A DNA stretch of 54,748 nucleotides, counting the filler, from Sphacelaria rigidula (taxonomy: Eukaryota): the NCBI GenBank assembly GCA_964200075.2. It is 3 parts of 3 records of this genome, joined end to end, with 100 filler letters (N's around TTAATTAATTAA, not from the genome) between each part and the next. Parts side by side here need not be neighbours in the genome. Positions count along the whole stretch, not along the records: positions 1 to 18,193 come from CAXNAA020000898.1; positions 18,294 to 36,471 come from CAXNAA020000899.1; 1 more part is not named here. One strand, 5' to 3'. A program made the translations under genes and the position numbers. Below are positions 12,379-24,004 of this stretch, one piece after another. Each line of letters starts with the position of its first letter. Position 1 is the first letter of the stretch. The notes beneath the pieces were generated by a model. The model had not been told where the DNA came from. It saw nothing but the letters and a program-made list of their open reading frames with translations, and ran no database searches.

Positions 12379-15339
12379 AATTGGAATCTCCCATCACTTG
12401 ATTTATAGGGGTGCAGCAACGTCACGGAAAATGTTGAACGCACGGCCCAATTCGACGAGTCTTGAGCTGAAATTTCAAGAAGACCTTCTGCTCCCGAGGA
12501 ACTGATACTTCACGAGTTCAGCTGTAGATTCTGCTTTTTCCCCTGGACTTATGGCATTATCTTGTTTTTGCTGAAGCTTCAAACGCCCATAACTTTATAT
12601 ATATATATATATATTTTTTTTGATTTGCTGAACTCGTGATCTTCTGCATTTCGACCATGAAAAGCTGCTGTCAAAATTTCAGCCTCCAACTCCTAATATC
12701 GCGCCGTGCGTCGCCTGAGCGAGATTCACGCCTGTTCTTGGCTGGCCCAGCTCGTGTGTATCCCGTGTGCAACTACGTGTTTCCGTCGTTCGAACAAATC
12801 GCGCGGGCGAGATCAAACGTTTTCGAATACAAATGTTTGGGTAATTTATCTCCGCACTTACACGCATGAAAGAGTGCACATTAGATGCCTAATGCAGAGC
12901 ATAAATCGGCGCGCATTCCTTTTGGTCTGCGTGTATTTTTGTCAATTGCTTTTGCCGGGGACGGTGGTTTGTCGGGGAGAGTCCTTGGATAGGCCGGCTA
13001 AATCAGAAACGATCTCGTCCATCACGAATACAACTATAGCGCTGTTTCTTGCGTGGTGTGCTTGAAATCACGTTGCATGTTCTCATGATCTCGCTTTCCG
13101 GGAACGTCCCACGCTCGGCACACCAGGCGGCGAACAGTATTGTTTTTTGCAGAGTGTGAGCGAACGCTAGAAGAATTGAGAAGAAAGGAGCTCATCTTGC
13201 AGTGCGTGTCAGGGGTGTGGACGTGTATGTGGCGCCTGAACAGGGAGGACGTCGCTTACACGCACGGTTTGCTCGCTCTAACGATGTTGTGTTTAATCAA
13301 GTGTATCCACGTGGAAGAAAGGAAACCAGGATGGGTTGTCTATGGTCGATTAAATTCCGTCGAACAGCCTGACAAAATTGTGAGGTTAACACCCCCCCGA
13401 TTCGCACCCCTAACTGTGGGTTGAAGCGTTTGACGAGGAATCAGTCCACATGCATCCGTCCACGCCAATGCACCCTCTTTCTTCATTCATCATTGTATGC
13501 AGTTGCTCCCCCTGATTGTGGAGATCCCAAACTCTCGGTGGTACGGGTTGAACAGGATTTCTTGTCTTCAGGGTAGTATCGAGATAGACTCGATTTTAGT
13601 GAGGACAACATGGGTTGCCCAACGAACCACTGCTCTTGGTTGAGTATTCCCCCTGCCCAACTCGTTCACGCTTTCACGCGTCGTACAGTTCACGAGCTAC
13701 CTAAATATTGCTTTGTATTAGATTAGTCTACTGACCCCGATCATGAACAAGCTTATTTGGCCCCCTTTTCCACACATGGTCTCTACAGCGCTGGAAGTCG
13801 AGCACGAGGAGTAGTGCAAGGGAGGGTCGAGCTGAGTATACTCAATTGCGGTGTATTTCGAAAGGACACATATTGGGGGTGGGGTTCCAGGAATCGCTTT
13901 CGAGCTATTTTTTTGGTACGAATCCCAACACTCTACCCTAATGTGAGTACTTTGAGTGCGTCTTTCAAAATATCCCGCAATTGAGTATACTCTACTCGAC
14001 CTGCCGGTGGAGAAGAGCAAAGGTAGCGCATTGGCGTCTTGGACCCTGCTGTCACGTGCTTTGTGTTCTTGAACAACGGATCTGAGGGTCCGCTTCGATT
14101 AGTTATTCTAGGTACGAATAGCTCATGAGCTGTCCGACGTGTGTTTGCTTCCCCGAATAACGTGCTTCGGGACCCACGAAGAAAGATAGCTGCTTTCTGT
14201 AGGGGCCCCGGTGACAGATAATGTTTTGGTGTGGCATCGGCGAATAACCACGATAAGTGTCAAGCTGGTTGCATATGCATGATACATGTGGATATGCATG
14301 ATGCATGTGCATCTGTAATGTAGGATAGACTTCGATCTTTTTCGGTCGATCTGTGGACCACGGCTGGACTACAAGCGGGACCGAATTACAATGGTTGATA
14401 GGAGACGATCCATGGACCGATCGAACCGATCAGCAGGGCATGCTCCGTCTGTTTTCTTGAGGGGCGGGAGATATCTTCGGCCATTGCGGTGCGAATAATA
14501 ATTTCGTGCCCGGTGATCACACGGTATATTGACATTGGGGGCGGTCCTTGTCAAGAAGCAACAGCGTCAGGGCCGACGGTGATACTGTTCCGAAAGGCGG
14601 CCTCGCGACCCAAGGATTAAACGTTGACCCTTCGACGTCGGCGAGGGTGGGTAATCCGTATGTTATATTCATTTTTCGAGTGAAAACGATGCCGAGTCCA
14701 CGAGGAATAACGCTAATGGTCACAGACTCAAAAGCGAGGCCTCGCGGCGGGCAGTGCCGGTCGCGGCTGTTTTGATCACGATTGTTGAGATTTATTCATG
14801 ATGAAAAGCCCTGGAAACAGTGCCTGCCTATCGGACAACGACTAGGCGAGGTCTGTCGGCGAGGCTGATGACGAGGCGAGACTGCAGGGTGAAACAAAGA
14901 TTGCTTCATTATTTGATTTCTGTGTGTGCAACGCACAAAAGGACAGGCACTACGCAGTAGTACAGCAGTAGTACAGAGAGCGTAGTACATAAGGGCGCAG
15001 CGCAAGAGTAGTCGAGGGGTTAACCCTTAGAACCCGGTGCGGGTAGCCCGTCTGAATCACCCATACTTTTTTCAAGTGAACATTGATGCCGATTCAGCAG
15101 GTGACCTCCCTCGCGATCAAATGAAACAGGTTTGGTTGGGGGCACAAAATGATCAAAATCGCAGCGTAGGCTCCGTCCAGTATCACCCCTGAAAAACAGC
15201 TATGTTTTCCGCTGCGCGCAGAGATGTGGGTACGCAGCGATTTCAAACCGCCTTGTCAGCTGGCAAAGACAAAAATAGATACAGTACAGAGCATGTGTCT
15301 CCAACCGTTTCGGCCAGATATGTTGATCTTCGCACGATC

Positions 15340-15355
15340 GGTTTTCAATGTGAAG

Positions 15356-15401
<46 letters not shown>

Positions 15402-15418
15402 CCACAACAACCGCAACA
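15340..15418 (+). repeat. (CAA)n tail of a retroposon-type 3' end (aatgtgaagac(aac)n)
   Basis: The tgtgaagac+(AAC)n end also occurs at 26037-26066 and 29564-29593, in degenerate form at 26941, and without the tgtgaag core at 8761-8775. Confidence 0.8.
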
Positions 15419-15709
15419 CTGATGACATGATAAAATAACGTCGACACCCCCTGAACCCCATACCAAGGCTGGGAGGTGCCTCTCCCAAGCCAACAGAGGC
15501 GACAGAAATTTGCACAGTCGATCTTGCAACACGCGCGAGCGCTGTACCCCCGTTAGCATAAATCACGATAAATAGCTGACACATTGTTTGGTCACAGGCC
15601 GAAACGATCAAACACCTCATGTGTAATGTAAAACCGTTACAGGAAAGTGGTAGTACGGAGCACCGACTGTTGCGCTCCGTAACACAAAAATGCTGTGTAC
15701 GGTACGCAC

Positions 15710-16015
15710 CTTGTAGCACTTGGAAGAGCAGTACGCAATCAAACACCGGGGGCACGAGTACCCAGCCGTGTGCATGGAGCAAACAGAGCACACTCTGCTT
15801 ACACCACCCACACTTCCCGCCGCCCATAAAGCTGCAGAAGTTCCCTCCCGCGCTCCCGGCACCGGCTCAACTAGCTTTCGTTGATTTGAACCAGTCAAAA
15901 TCAAGTCGGTTTTCTTGACCGTTTGGGTTCCGTACCGGGCGCGTACAGTGATAGGTGTGATGCCGACAGATGGAGAGCGCTGCCATGCTAATGGCTGCTT
16001 CTTAGAGGGTGACAT
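15710..16015 (-). CDS. ZNHIT2: Zinc finger HIT domain protein (ZNHIT2-like), exon 1
   Basis: ATG at 16015. Encodes CSVC-x5-YSCPRCLIAYCSSKCYK, the zf-HIT motif minus its final His. Ends at AAG|GTGCGT donor, phase 0. Confidence 0.88.
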
Positions 16016-16552
16016 CCGTTCTTTACTGCCTCTGTGTGCACCCCAAACGTCGCCCGGTATTTCAGCTGTTGGTGGGGTTTGTGAGCCCAGCAGCTGTTTT
16101 TTTTCATTTGTTCAAAACTGGCATGCCGGATATACCAGGTGTGACGGGCGGTCCTTCGCCGATCCGCTCCTTCCGGTTCAGCCCATCGACAGACCGATAG
16201 GTCTGGGCGATGACATTTGTTTTTGTGATTTTCGGTTCATGTTGGGCGGTCAACTCATGTTCGTCTGGAAAACCGCCGTCTGGCTTCCTTCAAAGAAGTA
16301 ATGATATTCCCCATGAACGGATTAAGTAACTCGTTGTTAATACAAGAGGCTAATAGAATGAGCTTCGCGATGTATTTTTTCACGGGCGATTCCACCTGTC
16401 GGCTTTGTACTATTGACTGCGGGTCTGAAACGTTACAAGTTTCGATTTGAGCTGAAAGCAGATCAAGCCTCTACCAGCTACAGACGATAGTTACAACTTG
16501 CTTGCGTACGACGGTGCAGCAGTCGCCGCTGTGCTATCAGCGCGGCATCTCA
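16016..16552. promoter_or_regulatory. Short divergent intergenic region (putative bidirectional promoter)
   Basis: 537 bp between the ZNHIT2-like (-) and SAP-RsmG (+) start codons. No repeat recognised in it. Confidence 0.5.
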
Positions 16553-17053
16553 ATGGCGCAGATGATATTACTCTGTTCTATCATTTTCATCCCCCTTTCG
16601 GAGTCGTTCCACTTACCGTTTATACCGTCGAAACAACGGCACCACCCTTTGTCTCATCACCATCAAGCCCTCGCCAGGCCCTGCACCTTAGCCTCCAGCA
16701 AGGCCACAGCTACTGCTACCACAGCTTCCCACGGAGCTGCGGCGGCAGCCTGTATAAATGAAGCTCTAAAACAGGATGGAGATCTGAATGACCTTTCAAG
16801 GAGCGAGCTGCAAGGCCTGTGCAAAAAGTTGAACATCCGAGCGGTTGGTAGGACGAACGAACTGGTATCCAGGCTGTCGGAGGCACTTGCTCATGAGTTG
16901 CAAGGCACCGGAGGAGCAAGCCTTGACGGCAGCAGTAGTACCTCTAGAAGAAATAGGCTGGCTGCTAGGGACATTTTACCTGAATTAGCCATGGGCGGTG
17001 CGAATGATGGCTATGTGGAGCAACAACTTGGAGAAGAAATCGAGGCGTATAAG
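16553..17053 (+). CDS. SAP domain-RsmG/GidB fusion, exon 1: signal/transit peptide plus SAP domain
   Basis: MAQMILLCSIIFIPLSESF is a hydrophobic leader with Phe at the likely cleavage site, followed by an S/A/T-rich transit-like stretch. LNDLSRSELQGLCKKLNIRAVGRTNELVSRL matches the SAP motif. Donor AAG|GTGTGC, phase 0. Confidence 0.75.
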
Positions 17054-17537
17054 GTGTGCACCTCCCGCGGGTTGTCGTTCATGATTCATCATGTCCACGT
17101 TCGCGACAGAGGGCTGTAGGCGACAGTGCGGACTGTCTCCATCGACTGCAGTATACCTTACATGTACTTGAGTTGACAAGATTGCGCAATACCTTTCAGT
17201 ATGAGCAATGCTCATCTACTGGATGCTGGTGTTGCAATCTACAGTTTACTGTTACCATCCTTTCAGTACGAGTCTACCCGCCAGTATCCGCGCACAGTAC
17301 ACCTCGGAAGGTAAAGAACGGAGCAGGACCTGAGGGAACACGATCCTCAAGGAGCACGAACTGTCAGTCTATGCCTAGCGTTGCAAATAGGGATTCATAT
17401 TTGAACACGCCAGTAACCCACAGACGAGGCCACAGAGACCCTTGAACACCTTCTACGTTGCCTCTCGTGTTTGCCGCGGTGCGCATTTCTTCCTATATCT
17501 TGTGTTGTCGTTGAAGATGACGAATCAGGTCAGTCAG

Positions 17538-17790
17538 GAGTCGCGGGGATCGTCAGAGAGGACACCGCCCGGTCCGCCAGACTTGTCCACCCTGGACCAA
17601 GTTCGACCCTCTTTTGCGAATCTCTCAGAAGAGCAATGGACACAGGTGCGACGGCTTGGGCTGCTGTTGGTGGAGTGGAATGAGCGGGTGAATCTCATCT
17701 CGAGAAAAGATATCGGGAACGTTATGCAGAACCATGTGGTGCCGTGTCTGGCCATGGCCAAGGCGCTGGGCTTGGAAGATGAGGTGGAGG
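17538..17790 (+). CDS. rsmG: 16S rRNA m7G methyltransferase RsmG/GidB-like, exon 2 (rest missing beyond gap)
   Basis: LSEEQWTQVRRLGLLLVEWNERVNLISRKDIGNVMQNHVVPCL matches the RsmG N-terminal 'LLxxWNxxxNLxS..H..(D/C)SL' signature. In-frame cag acceptors at 17528 or 17537. Donor G|GTGAGA at 17791. Confidence 0.8.
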
Positions 17791-18193
17791 GTGAGACATC
17801 TATGTATTGCTATCAAACCGTTTCTTATAATATATATATAGAAAAAACTTGTTTCGGGAATGTGTCCTCGTGAACCTACCACGATGTTTTCTATCTCAGA
17901 AGAGGGCTACATGGATTATGCCAACTCGGAATGACTTGCCCTACTATCCGAGAGAGTTCCCGCACACTTTGGCTTTTGTGGTGCACTCAGTCTGACGTTA
18001 GCACGGAGTCGGGGTTTCTGTGCACACGTCACGGGACCGGAAGTGCAAAGCAATCGAAAGTGCATAAACTGGCCATTTCGCAGCATTCGTCGAGTGGAAA
18101 GACGGCCTGGCGGAAAATATCACGGTTAGGACAAATCATCACGACTCAAAATCACCAAATTCACGATTTCTTTGGCCTGATTGCCCAAAAGGG

Positions 18194-18293
18194 NNNNNNN
18201 NNNNNNNNNNNNNNNNNNNNNNNNNNNNNNNNNNNNNTTAATTAATTAANNNNNNNNNNNNNNNNNNNNNNNNNNNNNNNNNNNNNNNNNNNN
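18194..18293. other. Artificial contig spacer
   Basis: 44 N, then TTAATTAATTAA (stops in all six frames), then 44 N. Confidence 0.97.
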
Positions 18294-19180
18294 TACTCCA
18301 GAAAAACTCAGAAAAAAAGACAACTACGAATTCTGAAAAAATCTGACGCTGACTACTATAACAAACGCTGCGCTTGGGAGAGCCCGTAAGTGGGTGATCG
18401 AAACGCCGTTCATGGCAATTACTTGTGACGACGGTACTGTTCATGAAGCTTCTACACCGCCAGCAGCTACGTGGGCTTTCTGGGAGGCTGCTACACACTA
18501 CTCGCAGCAGCTTTGCATGCTTGGGGATGAAGTTGAAATAGCCGGTGCCGATTCTACTGCCGCTACTCACGCTTCTGGTGGTGGTGCAAGAGATGCTTCG
18601 CGTTTCGACCGCGTGAAAGTATCGATGCATCTTCCGAGTGATTGCCGCCCTGCTGGTAATTCCTGCCCGTACTAACCGCCGATAAGTCTATGCTTGCCCT
18701 CTCGGCAAAGTGCTGGGAGGTACAGCTGTGCCCGCCTGTCTCTCTTTGGGACCTGTGCACTCGGGTGTGCGGTCCTCACGTGTGATCTCGAGCCGAACGG
18801 CCCACACGTGCCAACCATTTTACGTTCCTATTCGTATTTTCAACAGGTTATTCGTTGTTCCTCCGTTTTATCACAAAAACTATTATTGGAGGTATTTCCA
18901 ACTCCGAGATTCCCGGTACATTCAACAGTAATTTTCAGTTGAATATACCATCAACCTCGAGTTTGAGGTGTGTGTGTGTGTGTGCGTGTGTTCCTATCTT
19001 TTCTGAAGCCGGTCTACACCTTTCAGTATATGTGGGCGCACCAGCTGGGGTCACACAGGAGGAAGGAAAACACAGGAGTTTTTTGTTTGTTTCTAGTACT
19101 CCATCTTCCTTCTGCGGTGCTTGCCTTTATTTTTTATCGCGACAGGGGTTCAGCACTCCCCTTCCCTCGTCGGCCGCTAA

Positions 19181-19973
19181 GGCGGTGTCTCATCACTTTT
19201 TCCGACTCGAACGAGTTCGTGCGGCGGAATTGATTCAGTTTGCTTTGCTAGGTTTGGGTCCGAGTGAATTTGCACACTTTGAATCGAAAAGGCTAAGCGG
19301 ATTCGTGCAGCGGTACTTCTTTACTTATATTCAACACACAGTACAGTACAGCACAGACAGTACAGGCTGTACAACAGTGGCGGCCTGTACTGTCCAGATG
19401 GTGTGTGTTTCGCACGGCATACGGGCGCGATGTGGAAAAGAAGCGGGTAACGCGGCACACAGCAAATTTTACAGACAGCACAGCTTTCTGACTCTCTGGA
19501 TAGAGGAGGATGCGAGGCAGATTTTGAACTACGTGCAGTTTTTCACCGACTCTACTGTTGTCCATGAACGCGTTGGCAGTTCGATCGTCCACCCCGACAC
19601 GCAACTCCGTCAGTGGACCCTGCCACAAAATTAGATGCCCAAGTTTTTGCCAACAAAAAGAAACACACCATGCTAAAAGTGTGGTGGTGGCGGTTTCTAT
19701 CACTGCTGTAGTATGTATCCCTGTGCTGAGTTCGTGATCTATGCCGCATGGTTGGGTACGTAGCTGCGAATGAACCATTTGGGTTTTGCGTAATTGTGTG
19801 AAAGCTAAGCTTTTCTGTTTTTGACCCTGCCCGTCGCACGCAACTAATTATAAAATGGACTTGAAGCCATCTAGGAACACAAATGCCGTGGGCATATCAG
19901 ATTCGGTCTCGCAACGGCCAGTTCGATTCGACCGCATGTTTTCGAGTCGGAAAAAATTTGATAAGACACGGCC
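19181..19973. mobile_element. PIF/Harbinger-like non-autonomous element (793 bp)
   Basis: TAA|GGCGGTGTCT...AGACACGGCC|TAA: a 3-bp TAA target duplication and TIR similarity extending about 50 bp. Confidence 0.8.
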
Positions 19974-20120
19974 TAAGTCGACTTTTGTGTACTCAACGAC
20001 ATAGTTGCTCTCCACTGTTCAGCATGGTGTGAGAAAAAATCCCAGATCTCTCCGTGCGGTGCTTGCTTTCTTTTTCTTGTGAGAGGGGTTCAACATTCCC
20101 TTTCCCTCGTCGACCGCTTA

Positions 20121-20309
20121 GGTCGTGTCTTATCAAATTGTTCTCGACTCGAAAATGTACGGTGGAATCAAATTTGCTCGTACCTGATACGTCTACAGCA
20201 TTCATGTCCTCAACCATCTGAAAAAATTAGTAGCGTGGACGAATCAGAAACGAGCGAATTCGATTCGACCGCACGTTTTCGACACCACAAAAAAGTGATA
20301 GACACGGCC
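20121..20309. mobile_element. PIF/Harbinger-like MITE (189 bp)
   Basis: TTA|GGTCGTGTCT...AGACACGGCC|TTG. Same TIR family as 19181-19973. Confidence 0.75.
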
Positions 20310-20425
20310 TTGGTCGAATTTTTTGTACCCACGACATACTCCCTCTCCACTGTTCGGCATGGTGTGAGAAAAAATCTCAGATCTCTCCGGAATTTGAACC
20401 CACGACCCAACCGTCAGAAGGTTTC

Positions 20426-20593
20426 ACACTTTGGACAATCTATGGTCAATAGATGCAATAGACAAGAAACGTATTGCATAGAGTAAAGGCCTATTGCGAC
20501 TATTGTCGGCCGGCAATAGTTGCGATAGGCCTATACTCTATGCAGTACACTTCTCGTCTACTGCATCTTTTGACCATATATTGTCCCAGGTGT
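20426..20593. mobile_element. Palindromic MITE with 10-bp target duplication (Mutator-like)
   Basis: AGAAGGTTTC flanks both sides (20416-20425 and 20594-20603). The element is a near-complete hairpin. Relatives at 31926-32098 and 40868-41157. Confidence 0.8.
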
Positions 20594-21447
20594 AGAAGGT
20601 TTCGAGGTTACCAATTGAGCTGCTGGGGCGACCGGCTTGTTTGAGATACCTTTAATAAAAATAAAAAAATGTTTTTCTCCCCACGAGAATGCTCTCGAAG
20701 GCAATGATTCAAGAGCATCAGCCCGCAACTAATCATACGGATCAAACACAACAAAAAAATGAACCGTCAGAATCATCCCCGTCGTCGCAATCCCAACATC
20801 ATTTTTTTGGCTCGAGAAGACGGGGCCTAGCAAATGGTCTCCATGTATTATTGTGCGACGAGCAGAGCAACGAAAGCAGCTTCAGACAGCCGGGAACAGT
20901 GGCAGGTTTTGGCCATCCTGACCAAGTGCGGTGAAGTTCACCATCTCTGTCACTTGTGGGATCGTCACTTGAGTTTTACTCGATTTTCAGTCACATCGGT
21001 TCCCTGAGGTGATGGGGGCACGTTCGTGCTACGGCGAGCAATGCAAGGCGTTTGTGCGCAAATCGGCGCCCACCAGAAACGGTGCATACCTTCCCCACGT
21101 GACCACGTGTATGTACGCCCTTGCTCAAGTGTTCACCGTCTACCCTTTCTGCGGCTAGGGTTGGCGTCAGGGTGTGTGCTGACTTGCCTGCATGGGATCG
21201 AAACGACACCTGAGATGGTATTAGTTAAATACCTTGCCCTGTTTACCTCGGAGAAGGACAGGAGCAACGAGGGCCGAGCTCGCACCCAAAAAACCAGCTT
21301 GAAAACAGGCTGTAGTTCATAAACATAAGGGTCCTCCGAACTCGGTGAGGACGCCTGGCGCCTGGCGTAGCGGCAAGAGGTCTCATCCCATCCCGACAAC
21401 ACAAAACCTATGCATCACCATGGCAAAACCAAAAGTACAGACAAAAG

Positions 21448-21490
21448 TACAGTACAGTACAGTACAGTACAGTACAGTACAGTACAGTAC
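21448..21490. repeat. (CAGTA)n microsatellite
   Basis: About 8 tandem copies, seen directly. Confidence 0.95.
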
Positions 21491-23296
21491 CGGTGTTTCT
21501 TTTCGTCCCGGGGAGAGCATGGCCGGATTGATAGAATGAACGAATAGCGCAAGGATGTGAAAATGCAGTGAGCCTACAGAGCGTGCATGTCCCACAGCAT
21601 CAAAACTGAAAGGCATATACTTGTAGGACCTTGTCTATGAATACTTTGTCACATACTCGTACTCGTTCAAGGTCAGAGACTGGCATGTGGTCTTCGATGC
21701 TCGGAGCACGAACGGCAATCGCGATCTGTACGCCAGCAGAGTTTTACTCCAATCCAGCGACGAGATTCGTGGCATATTCAACAGTTCAGTAATTTTCAGT
21801 CAACTGTAACGGGAACCTCGAGTTTGAGATACCCCTATTAATATCAGTTGATACTATAGTGGCACGAGCGCGAATGCCTTGTAGCTTGTAGCCTCACAAC
21901 AATGAGCACGAACAGAGACACGACTCCTCTCCAAGGGAGTGTCGTTACAGATGCTCCGGCATCGCTCTGTTCATACAAAGAGACGTGTCCGATGTGTCAC
22001 AGTGATCTAACCCAAACTTTCAGTGAGCCCACTTCAGCACCTGGGCCTCCAATTTCAAAGAAGGGAACGGGCTCCGGGGGAACCTCCGGAGGAACATTAT
22101 TTCTCTGTCAGTTCTAAAAGCGGGAAGTTTTTTTCGTGGCTTGCAGTTTCAACTTTCAGGACGCGTAGTGCCAGTACCAGAGTGCAAAATACATTCGAAC
22201 GTTCGAGGCTACGCGGTGAAAGTGAAATCAGGATCGATTGGAGTCTAGTGCTCTCAGCAGCAGGGTATGTAATGACCGAGCAACGCTAGAACCACGATCA
22301 TCGGTGTTTCGGTTTCCACCACAAAATCATTTATTTCGGTGATACGGAAGCCCTGGACACTACACGCCGCTGGGTGGGGACAAGGAAATGGCCGGTCGTG
22401 GTCTCCGATGGACATGTTCGGCAGAAATCACGTACAAGCGGAAACGCAAGCCCCCGGAAACAAGGATTGCAGCAGATTTCACACACGGGTGACAGGCACA
22501 CGCTTCTAGTCTATGATAACCTCGGCGCCGTAAAGCGTTATAGTAGTGGACCCATTGCGTTGTTGCCGCAGTTGTGCCGTTCGTGCGCGGAAAAGGCAGC
22601 TGCTACTCGTAGGGTATGACCAGAACATTCAGGATGGTTCAGACATACACTTCCCTTTCAGGAGCCGTCATTACTGACAAACATCGAACAGGCGCACACG
22701 AGGCGTCGCGATGTCTCCGCATAGTCTCCCGGCTTTTCCTTGAGCCTCCGCACAAGCCTGTAGCGAGGACTAGAGATTGCGATGTTCCCCGCAAACATCT
22801 TAATTTAGAGTTTTTCTCGATCTCTTCGTGTGTCATGTTTCAATTGTATACAAACTACGGTACAAACAGAAAGCCGTTTTACAAGTTTGAGTTTCACGTA
22901 TCACCCCCCTTGCTTGCTGTTGGACCATACCTTGACAACTTGTCGACTGTTCTCTTCTCCACCACCCGCGAGAAGAGGTATGAGTGTGCTCTTGAAGGAC
23001 GCACGCGTCGGGCTGCGTGTGCTCTCTGCCATCTACTAGTCACACACCCACAGTGTTCGTGTGCTGTGTGCTCACGGAATGACAACTGCTACAAAATGTT
23101 GCATTCTCAGAACATAATTTGCATCGTTGATGATACCTTTGTACGCGACCATATATAAATGATGATTCCTCTGTACGCGTGCACAACGTGTTGTACTCTA
23201 CACCCCCGACACGTCGTACCGCTACGAGTCTCGTACACTCCGCACGTAAAGCACGTGAAGTTATAAATGGAACCGTTTGCTTTCGAGGCAGGACCG

Positions 23297-23458
23297 ATGA
23301 GTACAAATCGAGCCACGGCATCCTTTGCTCAGCACGAGAAAGGATACCATCGCTGCTCGCAAAATATCAATCGACACATAAACGGGCTTCAGCTTGGCAA
23401 GGTCGAGGCCGTGGCAGCTCTCGACCTACCAGATGACTTGGAGGAGGCAGAGCAATAT
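23297..23458 (+). CDS. VTI1: VTI1-type Qb v-SNARE, exon 1
   Basis: MSTNRATASFAQHEKGY...DDLEEAEQY, the Habc helices. Donor TAT|GTGAGT, phase 0. Confidence 0.8.
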
Positions 23459-24004
23459 GTGAGTACATTTCCCAGATGCCATGTGTCACCCTACAGACAG
23501 TGAGCGCTTTTAATGAGCATGGAAGCTGTCCCGCCCCACATCGCAGGCGCTGATGCACTCTCCTCAAAGCGGACAGGTTTCATCGGTTATCATTACAGTT
23601 CAGGTTGCGATTGAAGTTTGAACGCCTGCGCGTGAGGACGCTGGTCTGAAACTTTGGTGCTACACACAGCAGTTGTTGGTACAACCGCATCACACGGTGA
23701 AAAAGTTACAATCCAAGCCGTGCTGCTGATGCTTCTTGTGGATAGCTACTTCCCCCGTCTGTCGAATTCCAATCTTCAACGAATCTAGGCAGTAGGAGCT
23801 GTCGGAAATGTTCAAGTTAGATGCCGCCACGTGAAACCACTCCCCGAAGAACCCCCCCCCTATTTCTCCGCCCGTTCCTGCATTTTTGGGTCATTCGATA
23901 GTGATGTCCGTTTCGCAACGTTCAACCTACAAAAGAACAGTGTTAATCCTTTTCTATCGAGGCGGTGTTTCGGCAACTCAGGCGTAAAGGGAATCCGCAC
24001 CTCG

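Larger units (their letters stand above)
19005..20636 (-). mobile_element. tRNA-derived SINE family 1, partly duplicated and interrupted by three MITEs
   Basis: Pieces 19005-19180, 19974-20120, 20310-20425 and 20594-20636 align to the uninterrupted copy at 45397-45712. A-box AGCTCAATTGG on the minus strand at ~20610-20620. Confidence 0.75.

Noticed and set aside
15200..15559. Poly-Cys/Asn/Thr/Val ORFs
   Set aside because: These are translations of the intronic (CAA)n tract.
18238..18249. TTAATTAATTAA as a biological motif or piggyBac target
   Set aside because: It is an assembly linker centred in the N run and repeated identically at 36516-36527.
22030..22117. KGTGSGGTSGG as the missing RsmG SAM-binding exon
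   Set aside because: It lacks the hydrophobic strand + D and the FPG/LPG context, hits a stop quickly, and lies on a different contig.
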